Below, piece by piece: positions 36,547 through 46,388 of a DNA stretch of 64,000 nucleotides. The stretch is from positions 430,716-494,715 of the forward strand of contig CAWEAL010000003.1 of assembly GCA_963807035.1 (NCBI GenBank), read 5' to 3'. The DNA is from an uncultured Chloroflexia bacterium. GTDB taxonomy: Bacteria > Chloroflexota > Limnocylindria > Limnocylindrales > CSP1-4. Below the pieces are notes generated by a model, which was given only the letters and a program-made list of their open reading frames with translations, had not been told where the DNA came from and searched no databases. How positions within the stretch are numbered: the stretch's first letter is position 1; every line of letters starts with the position of its first letter. The position numbers and the translations under genes were made by a program.

Positions 36547-37293
36547 TTACGACAGCGATCGAAGCACCGCAACCTCGGGGTACTCCTCGGGCGCGCCGTA
36601 GCCGTTTTCGAACAGCCAGCGGATCGCTACGAGGCACCGAAACGACCACCATGCGCGGATCAGGCCGCGGTCGACGTCGGTGCCGTAGCCGGCGAGGACG
36701 TCGTCAAGGTGCTCCTCGTGTCCGAGCGTGAGGGTGGCGAGGTCGTACAGCGCGTCGCCCTGGGCCGCCTCGGACCAGTCGAGGACGCCGGTGAGCTCGT
36801 CACCGTCGACGAAGACGTGCTCGATCTGCAGGTCGCCGTGCGTGAACACCGGGGTCCACGGCCGGAGCGCGGCCTCGGCGAGGCGGCGGTTGCGGGTGAC
36901 CACGTCGGCAGGAAGGACGTCGTGCGCGACGAGCCAGTCGCACTCGCTGGCGAGCCGGGATGCGAGCTCGTCGACGCCCTCTCCGGGCCAGGGCGGCAGC
37001 GGCGCGTCGTGCAGCTTGCGGATAGCAGCACCGGCGGCGGCCCATGCGGCCGGCGAGGCGGCCGACGGCTCCGCGAGGCGGCCGAGCGCCTTCCCCCGGA
37101 CGGCAGCGAGCGCGAGCACGGGCGGCTTCCGCCACAGGACTTCCGGCGTCGGGACCGGCGCCAGCGCCATCGCCTCGACCTCGACGTCGGTGCGCCTCTG
37201 ATCAGCGTCGATCTTCAGGAACACGTCGCCGACGCGCAGCGTCACGCGATCGTTGTGGGCGACGATGACTTCGACCTGATCCACGTCCGGCAT
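36547..37293 (-). CDS. aminoglycoside/choline-kinase-type phosphotransferase (APH family)
   Basis: The Brenner and activation motifs are FTHGDLQIEHVFVD...GVLDWSEAAQGDALYDLA. I prefer ATG 37293 because TACAGT lies 9 nt upstream. The ORF track starts at 37329. Confidence 0.75.
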   Translation of the reverse strand: MPDVDQVEVIVAHNDRVTLRVGDVFLKIDADQRRTDVEVEAMALAPVPTPEVLWRKPPVLALAAVRGKALGRLAEPSAASPAAWAAAGAAIRKLHDAPLPPWPGEGVDELASRLASECDWLVAHDVLPADVVTRNRRLAEAALRPWTPVFTHGDLQIEHVFVDGDELTGVLDWSEAAQGDALYDLATLTLGHEEHLDDVLAGYGTDVDRGLIRAWWSFRCLVAIRWLFENGYGAPEEYPEVAVLRSLS

Positions 37294-37559
37294 CTTCGCC
37301 ACACTGTAAGGAGGGCAGGAACCACCCACGCCATCATCGGGGATCAGTTCGTCGTCTTCGGGGTCCAGTCCGATGTGTTAGCGCCGGGACAGGGGCTGCA
37401 GGAGACGAAGACGGACTACTTCTGCGATGAGCGCGCGCCGAAGCCGAGCGATTGGTGGCGCGTCATCGACCCCGTCGCCCAAGCCTCGCGGCAACAAGGT
37501 GCTGCGCCGCGAAGCCGGCTACGACCACGGCGATCGTGGCCATCCTGATCAACAGGGCC

Positions 37560-38039
37560 TCACCCGGCATCGACCATCTCCTCCGGGGCGTTGGTGTTCG
37601 TTCCGGCAGGCTCGACCGACGACCCCGACAAGGCGCGCCGCCTGTCGTCGGTCGGTGTCCCCTGGTGGAAGCGGAGCTGCCATCGGCCGTCGCGCCGGAC
37701 CCACACCGAGGACCGATTTGCGTTGGACGCCCGGTACGTGACGAGGACGACAGCGCTTCCGAGCGGGGCAACTCCGAACCGGTCGATCTCCACCGGCGCA
37801 CCCGGCGGGCCCTCGAGCAGCTCGCCGATCGAGTCGCGCGTCCAGACGCGTCCGCTGCGGCCAAACTCCACGAAGTCCTCGGCGATCAGGCTCATCAGGC
37901 CGCCCTCGACGCCGCCCGGGTCGCGTGCCGCGAGGGCTGCCTCGAAGCGGAGCAACCGATCATGCAGTTCCTCGTCACCGACGGGTCGAGTATCGGGAGA
38001 CCCGATCGCCGCTCGGCTCCCGGCGAGCCGCCTGGTCAC
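37560..38039 (-). CDS. DUF4440/SnoaL-like (NTF2-fold) protein
   Basis: The C-terminal 140 aa of ORF 37560-38561 are protein-like (LHDRLLRFEAALAARD...EDFVEFGRSGRVWTRDS...VWVRRDGRWQLRFHQGT). GTG 38039 overlaps the upstream VOC stop (GTGA). Confidence 0.6.
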   Translation of the reverse strand: MTRRLAGSRAAIGSPDTRPVGDEELHDRLLRFEAALAARDPGGVEGGLMSLIAEDFVEFGRSGRVWTRDSIGELLEGPPGAPVEIDRFGVAPLGSAVVLVTYRASNANRSSVWVRRDGRWQLRFHQGTPTDDRRRALSGSSVEPAGTNTNAPEEMVDAG

Positions 38040-38452
38040 GGTACTGGCGCTCCATTCGCGACTTCCCAGACGTGGCCGCCCGGATCGACGAAGCTGGCGG
38101 TCCGTACGCCCCACGGCCGGTCCATCGGGCCGTTCAGCAGCTTCACGCCGCGCCTGGCCAGCTCCGCGCACGTGGCATCGACATCGTCCACATCGATCGT
38201 CAGCTGCAGCCGGGATCCCGCTTCGCGAGGCGCCACCACGGCCGGCTCGATCAGGCCGCGCGCCTCCGTTGCCCTCAGCAGGTTGATGAGCGTGTTGCCG
38301 AAATCGAAGACGACCGAATTGGCATCCTCGAACCGGATCGGCAGCCCGAACACCTCCTGGTAGAACCGCCTCGCGGCCGCCAGGTCCTCGACGAACAGCG
38401 TGATCGCGCCGATTCTCTTTGGCCACCGTGCGACTTCCGAACGACCTTCCAT
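38036..38452 (-). CDS. VOC-family (glyoxalase/bleomycin-resistance fold) protein
   Basis: 138-aa ORF with IGAITLFVEDLAAARRFYQEVFGL and FVDPGGHVWE. GGGAGG lies 5 nt upstream of ATG 38452. Confidence 0.8.
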   Translation of the reverse strand: MEGRSEVARWPKRIGAITLFVEDLAAARRFYQEVFGLPIRFEDANSVVFDFGNTLINLLRATEARGLIEPAVVAPREAGSRLQLTIDVDDVDATCAELARRGVKLLNGPMDRPWGVRTASFVDPGGHVWEVANGAPVP

Positions 38453-38745
38453 GGAGCCCTCCCGACTGACGACGACGGCTCAAGGGTAGGGGAGGGCCGA
38501 CCTCTCCACGAAGCCGGTCCAGGTTGCGGCTCTGGCCAGATGCGCCCTGGAACGGCTCCATGGGCGCCGGACAAGGGCGCCGGGGCCACGGTCGCCGACC
38601 CTGCCACCGTTCGACGCTTCAGCGCGCCGCTAGACTGGCGGCACCCGGCGCGAGGTCCGGACAACCTGGTCGAACCGGGGCAGGAGCGGAGGTTTCGCGG
38701 TGGCACTGCTCGACGAACCGGCGCGGGCGTAGGGCCGGAGACCTG

Positions 38746-39123
38746 GTGAACGACGCGATCAGGGACGCCCTGGACCACGGTCAGCTGGTCGACATGACGA
38801 CGACGGGGGCGAAGTCGGGCCGGCCGCGTCGGATCGAGATCGTGCTCCACAGCTTCGATCGCCACCTGTATGTCAGCGGCATCCCCAACCCGGTCCGAAA
38901 GCGCGCCTGGCTGGCGAACCTCGAGGCCGACCCGCGGTTCACGATCCATCTCCGGGGTCCGGTCGCGACCGACATCCCGGCACAGGCCCGGTTGATCACC
39001 GATCCGGTCGAGCGTCGGGCGGTCCTGGCCAAGGTCGCCCAAGTCTGGCATCGGACCGACATCGAGGTGATGGTCGGCCACAGCCCACTGATCGAGGCCA
39101 CGGTCGAGGGCTATCCGGGCTGA
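38746..39123 (+). CDS. deazaflavin (F420)-dependent nitroreductase-family protein (DUF385-like)
   Basis: The motifs are TTTGAKSGRPRRIEIVLHSFDRHLYVSG and WLANLEADPRFTIHL. GGAG lies 6 nt upstream of GTG 38746. Confidence 0.65.
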   Translation: MNDAIRDALDHGQLVDMTTTGAKSGRPRRIEIVLHSFDRHLYVSGIPNPVRKRAWLANLEADPRFTIHLRGPVATDIPAQARLITDPVERRAVLAKVAQVWHRTDIEVMVGHSPLIEATVEGYPG

Positions 39124-39167
39124 CCCCCGGCCCGGCCCGCGCCCCGGCCCTCCGGCGAGGCCAGGCC

Positions 39168-39572
39168 TCACACCCGGCCGCGGACCAGCGTGGCGAAGAG
39201 GTGCTCGAGCGTCGCCGCCGGGTCGGCGGTCAGGCCGGTATGGACGGGAGAGGCCTGGACGACCGTGCTGCTCGGCGAGACGAGCCAGTGGAAGCGCTCG
39301 GGCCGGCTCATCGCGGCGATCGGCCCGGTGGCAGGATCGCCGGCGCAGATCCGCGGGATCGTCTCGAGCTGCGCTCGGACGACCGCGGGATCGCAGCCTG
39401 GCGCGAGCGCGCGCAGGACGATCTCATCGAGCTCGACCTTCGCTCCGAGGTACCGTCGAGCGCGCGAGTGGAGGACGATCCCGGTGTTGAACGCTTCGCC
39501 CCGGTCCTCGCGCGGGACGACCCGCAGGATCGCGTACTCGAACGGGCTACGGCTGGCGGGCACGGTCGGCAT
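39168..39572 (-). CDS. DUF3037-family protein
   Basis: FEYAILRVVPREDRGEAFNTGIVLHS is the characteristic DUF3037 N-terminus. The start at ATG 39572 (or GVG 39563) overlaps the 3' end of the upstream kinase gene. Confidence 0.65.
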   Translation of the reverse strand: MPTVPASRSPFEYAILRVVPREDRGEAFNTGIVLHSRARRYLGAKVELDEIVLRALAPGCDPAVVRAQLETIPRICAGDPATGPIAAMSRPERFHWLVSPSSTVVQASPVHTGLTADPAATLEHLFATLVRGRV

Positions 39573-40389
39573 CCTCGACGAATGGGCGGGGCGTCCGCAG
39601 CCGGGCGAGCAGGTAATCGACATAGGCCTGCCGGTGATCCCTGGGGCTCTCCATCGGTCCCGCACCACCCGCCAGCCAGGCGTCCGGGACGGCCGCCACG
39701 ATCCGCTCGAGCAGCTCGCGCGTGATCCGCGGGGCCAGCCGAGCGTCCGCCGCCCCGATCGACGAGGCGTGCGGCAGGAGGACGTGGTCGGCGATCTTCG
39801 GGAACGGCCGCCGGGCGTGCTCGGCCGGATCGCGCCAGGTGAAGTGGATGTACAGCGAGGCGCCGTGGTCGATCAGCCAGAGCCGGCCGTGCCAGACCAG
39901 CAGGTTGACGTTCCTGATCGTCCGGTCGACGTTCGTGATCAGCCCGTCGAACCAGACGATGTCGGCGGCCAGCCCCGGATCGAGCTCGATCGTCGGCCGG
40001 AAGGGCAGTGCTCCCGGCAGGAAGTCGAGGCCGAGATTGACGCCCGGGCTGCGGGCGAGCAGGTCCTGGATCTCCGGATCAGGCTCGGCCGGGGCGAGGG
40101 CCGGATCGATGTCGACCAGGACGATCTCAGGCACCGGCAGCCCGAGCGCCCGACCGAGCTCGCCGGCGACGAGCTCGGCGACGAGGACCCGGGGACCCTG
40201 GCCGGCACCATGGAACTTGACGACGTACAGCCCGTCGTCATCGGCCTCGACGAGCCCCGGCAGCGAGCCGCCTTCGCGCAGGGCCGTGACGTAACGGGTG
40301 GCGGTCACCGAGCGAAGGGCCAGGACGTCCGGAGCGTGCTGGGGCGGCGCCGTCGGCATGGTGGCGGTCGGGGGCGAGGCAGGCGACAT
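39547..40389 (-). CDS. HipA-like (PI3/4-kinase-fold) serine/threonine kinase family protein
   Basis: Start at ATG 40389 (MSPASPP). The N-lobe has LYVVKFHGAGQGPRVLVAELVAGE. The catalytic loop is ITNVDRTIRNVNLLV and the metal-binding motif is LWLIDHGASL. The upstream part of ORF 39547-40740 is not protein-like. Confidence 0.65.
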   Translation of the reverse strand: MSPASPPTATMPTAPPQHAPDVLALRSVTATRYVTALREGGSLPGLVEADDDGLYVVKFHGAGQGPRVLVAELVAGELGRALGLPVPEIVLVDIDPALAPAEPDPEIQDLLARSPGVNLGLDFLPGALPFRPTIELDPGLAADIVWFDGLITNVDRTIRNVNLLVWHGRLWLIDHGASLYIHFTWRDPAEHARRPFPKIADHVLLPHASSIGAADARLAPRITRELLERIVAAVPDAWLAGGAGPMESPRDHRQAYVDYLLARLRTPRPFVEDADRARQP

Positions 40390-40437
40390 CGTCGGATGAG
40401 CGTAGCCGAGTCGTCCCGGGTCCGGGCCCCGATCGGG

Positions 40438-40443
40438 TAGATT
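40438..40443 (+). promoter_or_regulatory. -10 element TAGATT, 7 nt upstream of GTG 40451
   Basis: The sequence reads gggTAGATTctcgctcGTG. Confidence 0.4.
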
Positions 40444-40450
40444 CTCGCTC

Positions 40451-41041
40451 GTGCGCTTCCCCCGGATCGCGACCATCGGGGCCATCACCATGACGATCGC
40501 GCTGGCCGTCGGCTTCGCCGGCTGCATCGGCCAGGTGAGCCCTCCACCGGGTTCGGTCGCCGCCTCGCCGACCCCCACCCCAACCGACGATCCGGTGATC
40601 AACAGCCTCGGGTTCGAGTCGATGACCGGCGCCCAGGCCTGCGCATTGCTCACGGTCGCCCAGGTCAGCCGCCTGCTCGGGGGCCCGTTGGCCGGCGATC
40701 CGCAGGGGATCTCGAACGTGGGCGATCGGGTCGACTGCATCTACGAAGCGGTGGGGCCGCCCGGCGTCGGCCACTACGTCAAGGTCGAGTTCAACCGGCT
40801 CGGGTTTGCCGGCGAGGCGGTCCAGGTGAACCTCCATCGGACCGCGCACACGCTCGAGGTCGCCGGCTTCCAGGCGATCGGGGCCGATGCAGAGCAGAGC
40901 CCGGTGAACGGCGAAGCCGTCCTGTGCGTGAAGCTCGCCAGGAGCGATCAGGATCCGGCGTTGTGGATCGAGGCGCCGACTTCGGTCGCCGCCAAGGCCG
41001 CGGCCGAGATCATCCTGCCCCGGTTGGCTGCCCTGCCCTAG
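40451..41041 (+). CDS. putative lipoprotein, unknown function
   Basis: 196-aa ORF. It has a signal peptide with the lipobox LAVGFAGC, then a Pro/Thr linker. Confidence 0.6.
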   Translation: MRFPRIATIGAITMTIALAVGFAGCIGQVSPPPGSVAASPTPTPTDDPVINSLGFESMTGAQACALLTVAQVSRLLGGPLAGDPQGISNVGDRVDCIYEAVGPPGVGHYVKVEFNRLGFAGEAVQVNLHRTAHTLEVAGFQAIGADAEQSPVNGEAVLCVKLARSDQDPALWIEAPTSVAAKAAAEIILPRLAALP

Positions 41042-41047
41042 GTTCGT

Positions 41048-41923
41048 TCACTGGGAGCGCTGGCTGCCTCCGCCGCTGCCGGTCTCGCGCAGGAAGCGCT
41101 CGATCTCGGAGATCAGCTCGTCGCCCGCCGGCAGGCGCTCCTCGTCGACCATCGCCTCGAGCCGCTCGACGTAGGCCCGGGTCGTATCGTCGCCCTTGGC
41201 CAGGGCGTCGAGGTGGCTGCCGAGCTGGCGCGCCTCGTCGTTCAGCAGGCCGGTCGGGATGCTTACCCCGAGGTGCTGCTCGAGCGTTCGGAGGAGGGCG
41301 AGGGCCGCGACCGGATACGGCCCCGAGACGTAGTGGGGGACCTGGGCGAAGTAGCCGACGGCGGGCGTACCGGTGCGGGCCATCATCAGCTCGAGGACGG
41401 ACAGCGCCGCCGCCGGCACCCGCAGGAGGCCCTCGGGCCCGGGTTGCACGTCGCCGCGCAGGAGGCCCGCCTCCGACTCGGTGCCCATGATCGGGACCGC
41501 CCGCGTGTGGGGCACGGCCGCGGGGATCGCCCCGAGGCTGATCCACTGGCTGACACCGAGCTGGGCGGCGATATCGACGACCGCATCGCAGAACTCGCGC
41601 CAGCGGAAGTCCGGCTCGACGCCGGTCAGCACGAGCAGGTCGCGCTCGGCGATCCTGCGCCGCCGGATCGTCAGCTCGCGCCAGGCAAGCGAGGCGAGCC
41701 GGCCGTTGCGGATCTCGAGGGTCGGCCGCCGGGCCCGATAGTCGAAGAGGAGGTCACCATCGAAGGTGGCGACCTCCTCGCCACCGTCGGCGATCTGGGT
41801 GGCCGCGGTCGTCGCCGCAGTTCCGGCGTCGACCCAGCCATCGAACGCGGCGATCATCGTCGGTGCGACCAGGTCGGTCGGTTCGGTCAGCCGGTAGAGT
41901 GCCACCGGCACAGGATATGCCAC
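41048..41923 (-). CDS. PAC2-family (proteasome assembly chaperone 2-like) protein
   Basis: 291-aa ORF. LVAPTMIAAFDGWVDAGTAA and the overall layout match actinobacterial PAC2 proteins. Confidence 0.65.
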   Translation of the reverse strand: MAYPVPVALYRLTEPTDLVAPTMIAAFDGWVDAGTAATTAATQIADGGEEVATFDGDLLFDYRARRPTLEIRNGRLASLAWRELTIRRRRIAERDLLVLTGVEPDFRWREFCDAVVDIAAQLGVSQWISLGAIPAAVPHTRAVPIMGTESEAGLLRGDVQPGPEGLLRVPAAALSVLELMMARTGTPAVGYFAQVPHYVSGPYPVAALALLRTLEQHLGVSIPTGLLNDEARQLGSHLDALAKGDDTTRAYVERLEAMVDEERLPAGDELISEIERFLRETGSGGGSQRSQ

Positions 41924-41951
41924 CGTTCGACCCGGCCGGGTCGGCCCGCGC

Positions 41952-41957
41952 TAGCAT
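41952..41957 (+). promoter_or_regulatory. -10 element TAGCAT, 6 nt upstream of ATG 41964
   Basis: The sequence reads cgcTAGCATggcgcgATG. Confidence 0.45.
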
Positions 41958-41963
41958 GGCGCG

Positions 41964-42392
41964 ATGCCCGATCCGCGCCCGGTCCTGCCCGCTTCGGTTG
42001 TTGCCTTCCTGGCCACCGGCCCGCTTGCCCACGTCGTGACGATCGACCCCGACGGCGATCCCCAGGTCTCGGTCGCCTGGGTCGGCGTCGAGGACGGCGA
42101 GGTCGTGATCGGCACGATGGGCGACCAGGCGAAGCTTCGGAACATCCGCGCGAATTCCCGGATCGCGATGTCGTTCGCCACGCCGGGCCGGACCGAGCAC
42201 GGCCTGGCGAAGTACCTCGTCCTGCGCGGGCGGGCCCGGGTCACCGAAGGGGGAGCGGCGGATCTCCTCCAGCGTCTCGCCTACACGTACATCGGCCCGA
42301 GCGTCCGCTTCCCGGGCATCCCCGATCCGCCGCCGGGCTACGTCATCCGGATGACCGTCGAGCGGATCGCCGGTCTTGGCGACTGGGGCTAG
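41964..42392 (+). CDS. PPOX-class (pyridoxamine-5'-phosphate-oxidase fold) probable F420-dependent enzyme
   Basis: 142-aa ORF with LATGPLAHVVTIDPDGDPQVSVAWV, KLRNIRANSRIAMSF and YLVLRGRARV. Confidence 0.7.
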   Translation: MPDPRPVLPASVVAFLATGPLAHVVTIDPDGDPQVSVAWVGVEDGEVVIGTMGDQAKLRNIRANSRIAMSFATPGRTEHGLAKYLVLRGRARVTEGGAADLLQRLAYTYIGPSVRFPGIPDPPPGYVIRMTVERIAGLGDWG

Positions 42393-42420
42393 CCCCAGTC
42401 GCCCGCGGGGCCGGCCTCGA

Positions 42421-45400
42421 TCAGCTGCAGCCCGAGGTCGAGCCGCAGTTCAGGCACTTGTAGCAGCTGCCGTTGCGGACCATGATCGAGCCGCATTCGG
42501 CGCAGGAGGGGGAGTCCTCCTGGACCTTGAAGGCGACCCGGGTCGTGCCCAGGGACGTGCCTGCCACGGCGGCCTGCCCGTGCCCGTGCCCGTTGCCGTT
42601 CGAGTGGCCGTTTCCGCTGGCGGTGTGGCCCACCGATTCGACGAGCGGCATGTTGCCGGCGACCGGGGCCGGCTGGACGGCGATCGCCGTCGGCCGCCGA
42701 TCGGCCAGCTCGTCGTCGGCCTCCCGGGCGGCCGGAGCATCCGCCTCGGGGGCCGAGGCCAGCGAGACCGACCCGAACGCGACCGGTGCCGCGTCGACGA
42801 CCGCGGCTCGGTCGATCAGGCCGACTGCGCCTTCTCGTCGGCCGGCAGGAAGCGGCTGCCCATCCAGCGGAAGATGTAGTCGACGAGCGACTTGGCGATC
42901 GGGATCTCCGGGTTGCCGGTGAAGCCGCTCGGCTCGAACCGGACGTGGGCGAACTTGTTGACCAGGTCCCGCAGCGGCACGCCGTACTGGAGGGCGAGGC
43001 TGACCGAGGTCGCCAGCGTGTCCATCAGGCCGCTGATCGTCGAGCCTTCCTTGGCCATCTTGAGGAAGATCTCGCCGGGCTGGCCGTCCGGGTAGAGGCC
43101 GACGGTGATGTAGCCCTCGTGGCCGGCGATCGTCGAACTTGTGGGTGACCGCCGCTGCGCTCGACCGGCAGGCGGCGGCGGTGCGGGCTGTTGGCCTCGA
43201 CCTGGGCCGCGGCGAGCTGCCTGCGAGCTCGGCCTCCAGCTCGGTGTCGCTCGTCCTCGCCGGCCGTCCTTCTTCTTGCCGGTGGTGAGCGGCTGGCTGC
43301 GCTTGCGAGCCGTCGCGGTAGATGGCGATCGCCTTGAGGCCGAGCTTCCAGCCCTCGAGGTAGACCTGCTTCGATCTCCTCGGCGGTGGCGGCCTCGGGC
43401 ATGTTGACGGTCTTGCTGATGGCGCCCGAGAGGAACGGCTGGACCGCGCCCATCATCCGGACGTGGCCCATGTAGTGGATGGACCGCTCGCCGTTGACCG
43501 GCTTGAAGGCGCAGTCGAAGACCGGCAGGTGCTCCGGCTTGAGGCCGGGCGCGCCCTCGATCGTCTCGCGCTCGTTGACGTAGGCGAGGATCTCCTCGAC
43601 CTGCGTCGGGCGTGTAGCCGAGCTTGCGCAGGGCCGCCGGGACGGTCTGGTTGACGATCTTGAGGAAGCCCTCGCCGACCAGCTTCTTGTACTTGATGAG
43701 CGCGATGTCCGGCTCGATGCCGGTCGTGTCGCAATCCATCATGAACGCGATGGTGCCGGTCGGGGCGAGCACGGTGACCTGGGCGTTGCGGTAGCCGTGC
43801 TGCCGGCCGAGCTCGAGGACCTCGTCGTAGACGCCGCGGGCCGCCGCGGAGCATGTCGGCCGGGACGGCCTGGTCGGCCGGGATTCGGTAGGCCGCGTCG
43901 CGGTGCTTGCCGATGACCCGCAGGAACGGGCTCGCGGTTGATCGCGTACTCGCACGAACGGGCCGCCGTGGTCGCGGGCGATGATCGCGCTCTGGCGGTA
44001 CGCCTCGCCGTGCATGAGCGCGGTGATGGCGGCGGCGTAGTCGCGGCCCTCGTCGCGAGTCGTAGGCCAGGCCGCGGCTCATGAGCAGCGCGCCGAGGTT
44101 GGCGTAGCCCAGGCCGAGCGGCCGGAAGCGGTGGCTGTTCTCCTCGATCTGCGGCGTCGGGTAGCTGGCGTTGTCGACCAGGATCTCCTGCGCCGTGATC
44201 GTCAGCCGTGGCCGCGAAGCGGAAGGCCTCGACGTCGAACTCGCCGTCCTCGCGCACGAACTTCATGAGGTTCAGGCGAGGCCAGGTTGCAGGCCGTGTC
44301 GTTGAGGAACATGTACTCGGAGCACGGGTTGGACGCGTAGATCCGGTCCGTGTTGGCGCAGGTGTGCCAGTCGTTGATGGTCGTGTCGTACTGGATGCCC
44401 GGGTCGCCGCACAGGTGGGCCGCCTCGGCCATCTTGCGGAAGATGTCGCGGGCCTTGTAGGTGCCCACCGGCTGCGCCGTCGACGACCTCGTGGGTCTGT
44501 CCACTCGCGCGTCGCGCTCGACGGCCTGCATGAACTCGTCGGTCACGCGGACGCAGTGGTTGGCGTTCTGGAAGAAGACCGAGCCGTAGGCCTCGCCGGT
44601 GAAGGACGGGTCGTAGCCCTGCTCGATGAGGGCCCAGGCCTTCTTCTCCTCGTGCGCCTTGCGAGTCGATGAAGTCGATGACGTCCGGGTGGTCGACGTC
44701 GAGGATGACCATCTTGGCCGCGCGGCGGGTCTTGCCGCCCGACTTGATCACGCCGGCGAACGCGTCGTAGCCGCGCATGAAGCTGACCGGGCCGGAGGCG
44801 ATGCCGCCGCCCGACATCTTGCTCCTTGCGACGAGCGGATGGGGGACAGGTTCGACGCCGGCGCCGGAGCCGTACTTGAACAGCATGGCCTCGGTCTTGG
44901 CCAGGTCCATGATGCTGCTCATCGTGTCCTGGACCGAGTTGATGAAGCAGGCGGAGCACTGCGGCTGCGCCTCGATGCCCACGTTGAACCAGACCGGCGA
45001 GTTGAAGCTCATCTTCTGGTGGACGAGCAGGTGGGTCAGCTCGGCCTTGAACGCGGCGAGGTCCTCGTCCGTGGCGAAGTAGCGCTGGGTCTCGGCCCAG
45101 GCCGCGATCGTGTTGACGACGCGGTCGATGAGCTGCTTGACGCTGTGCTCGCGCTCCGGCGTGCCGACGTGGCCGCGGAAGTACTTGCTGACGACGACGT
45201 TGGTGGCGAGCTGGCTCCAGAAGCTCGGGACCTCGACGTCCTTCTGCTCGAAGACGGTCTTGCCGGTCTCGTTGGCGATGCCGGCGGTCCGGTACTCCCA
45301 GGTCGATCTCGTCGTAGGGATGGACGCCGGGCGCGGTCCAGCGGCGCTCGAAGGTCAGGCCCTTGCCGGCCGGCCATCCTCGCGGCGGCCGTCGAAGCTG

Positions 45401-45558
45401 GCACCGTACGGGCCGGCGTGACGGCGCTGGGTCTTGACCAGGACCTTGCCGGACGCCCTGTCCGGGTGGCCGGCCGACGTCCTTCCGGCGCGACCGGCGC
45501 GCTTGTCCGAGCGGGCACCCTGGGCGGCCTGCTGCTCCGAGCGAATTGCCTCATCCAT
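42421..45558 (-). pseudogene. nrdJ: adenosylcobalamin-dependent (class II) ribonucleotide reductase; reading frame broken more than 15 times, almost certainly assembly indels
   Basis: Pieces lie in all three minus frames: [167 protein letters not shown], and the C-terminal Zn ribbon CAECGSIMVRNGSCYKCLNCGSTSGCS. Confidence 0.85.
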
Positions 45559-46022
45559 CACCGAAGTCGACTCCGGGGCGACACGGGCCACTGGTTGCTC
45601 CTCTCCTCCGGGCCGCTCATCGTCTGATCGATGGGACGGCTGCTGTGCTGGTGTCGTGTCGGTCTGGCCTGGCGACCGGCTGGCGACCAATCGATCCGGC
45701 ACCGGTGATCCGGAACCGGGGCGTGCGACGGGTGGGCCCGCGATCCGGGTCCGGGCGGGGTCCCGGCTGGGTTCCGATGCCGGGTTCCGAGGCTGGGGGT
45801 CGATTCGGAACGGGGCTGACTTCTTTCCGGGTGCGGCTCTGCCGCTCGGAACGCGGCCACGGACGGTGGTTCTGGACGATGCCCGGTCCTCGGTCCGGTA
45901 GCTGCGACGGTGATCCAACAGCGTCGCTCGATCCGGGGCGGTGATCGGCTTCGGCGGAGGCCCAACCTGGCTGGTCGGCGGCCTCCCGAGCGACCCTCCG
46001 TGGCGTCGCGGGCGACCCATGA

Positions 46023-46075
46023 ACGATACGCCTCGAGGGAGGGGGCCGTCAACCCCAAAACACAAGATCTAGTGG
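46023..46075 (-). promoter_or_regulatory. predicted nrdJ promoter (-35 TTGACG 46047-46052, 18-nt spacer, -10 TATCGT 46023-46028) with an adjacent NrdR-box-like palindrome (46060-46075)
   Basis: ACACAAGATCTAGTGG matches the NrdR box consensus acaCwAnAtnTwGtgt at 15 of 16 positions. A much weaker second half-site, CACCGCTACATCGTGT (46091-46106), lies about 31 bp centre-to-centre from the first. Confidence 0.5.
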
Positions 46076-46388
46076 TGCGTCCTTGTGTCGCACCGCTACA
46101 TCGTGTGGCTGTGGACAATCCGGGCCTCGAGCGTGGACAGCTTCGCGCGGGCTGTGGAGCGATCGCCTGCGCGGGTGGAGATCGTGTGGATCGCCGGCCC
46201 CTCGAGGGTCGTTCGAGGGCGTCCGTGGGTCGTGGTCGTCGCCTGAATCCGGCAGCTGCCCAGCATCGGTCCCTGGTGCCAGGGGATGAGGCCAGAACAG
46301 GTGTGCGGTATCTGGAAACTGGAGCAGCGCCTGGCGGCGGAACCCGACGTGCCCGCCCACGGGCGTGCCGTCGGCCGCCGCCCCCGAG

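Noticed and set aside
42421-45558. Programmed ribosomal frameshifting or genuine gene decay as the explanation for the broken nrdJ, pepA, add and other frames.
   Set aside because: There are too many shifts per gene, in both directions, with no slippery-site pattern, and in essential genes. They cluster in blocks that ignore gene boundaries. Assembly indels are the parsimonious explanation, pending read-level data.
45585-45595. GCCACTG (the B12-box core) near the nrdJ start, suggesting a cobalamin riboswitch.
   Set aside because: The motif is on the plus strand, while the nrdJ leader is transcribed from the minus strand. The other conserved cobalamin-riboswitch segments are not visible.
46091-46106. 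A second NrdR box at the canonical ~31-bp spacing.
   Set aside because: Only the right half (ATCGTGT) fits the consensus and the left half does not. I keep it as a weak half-site, not as a called feature.
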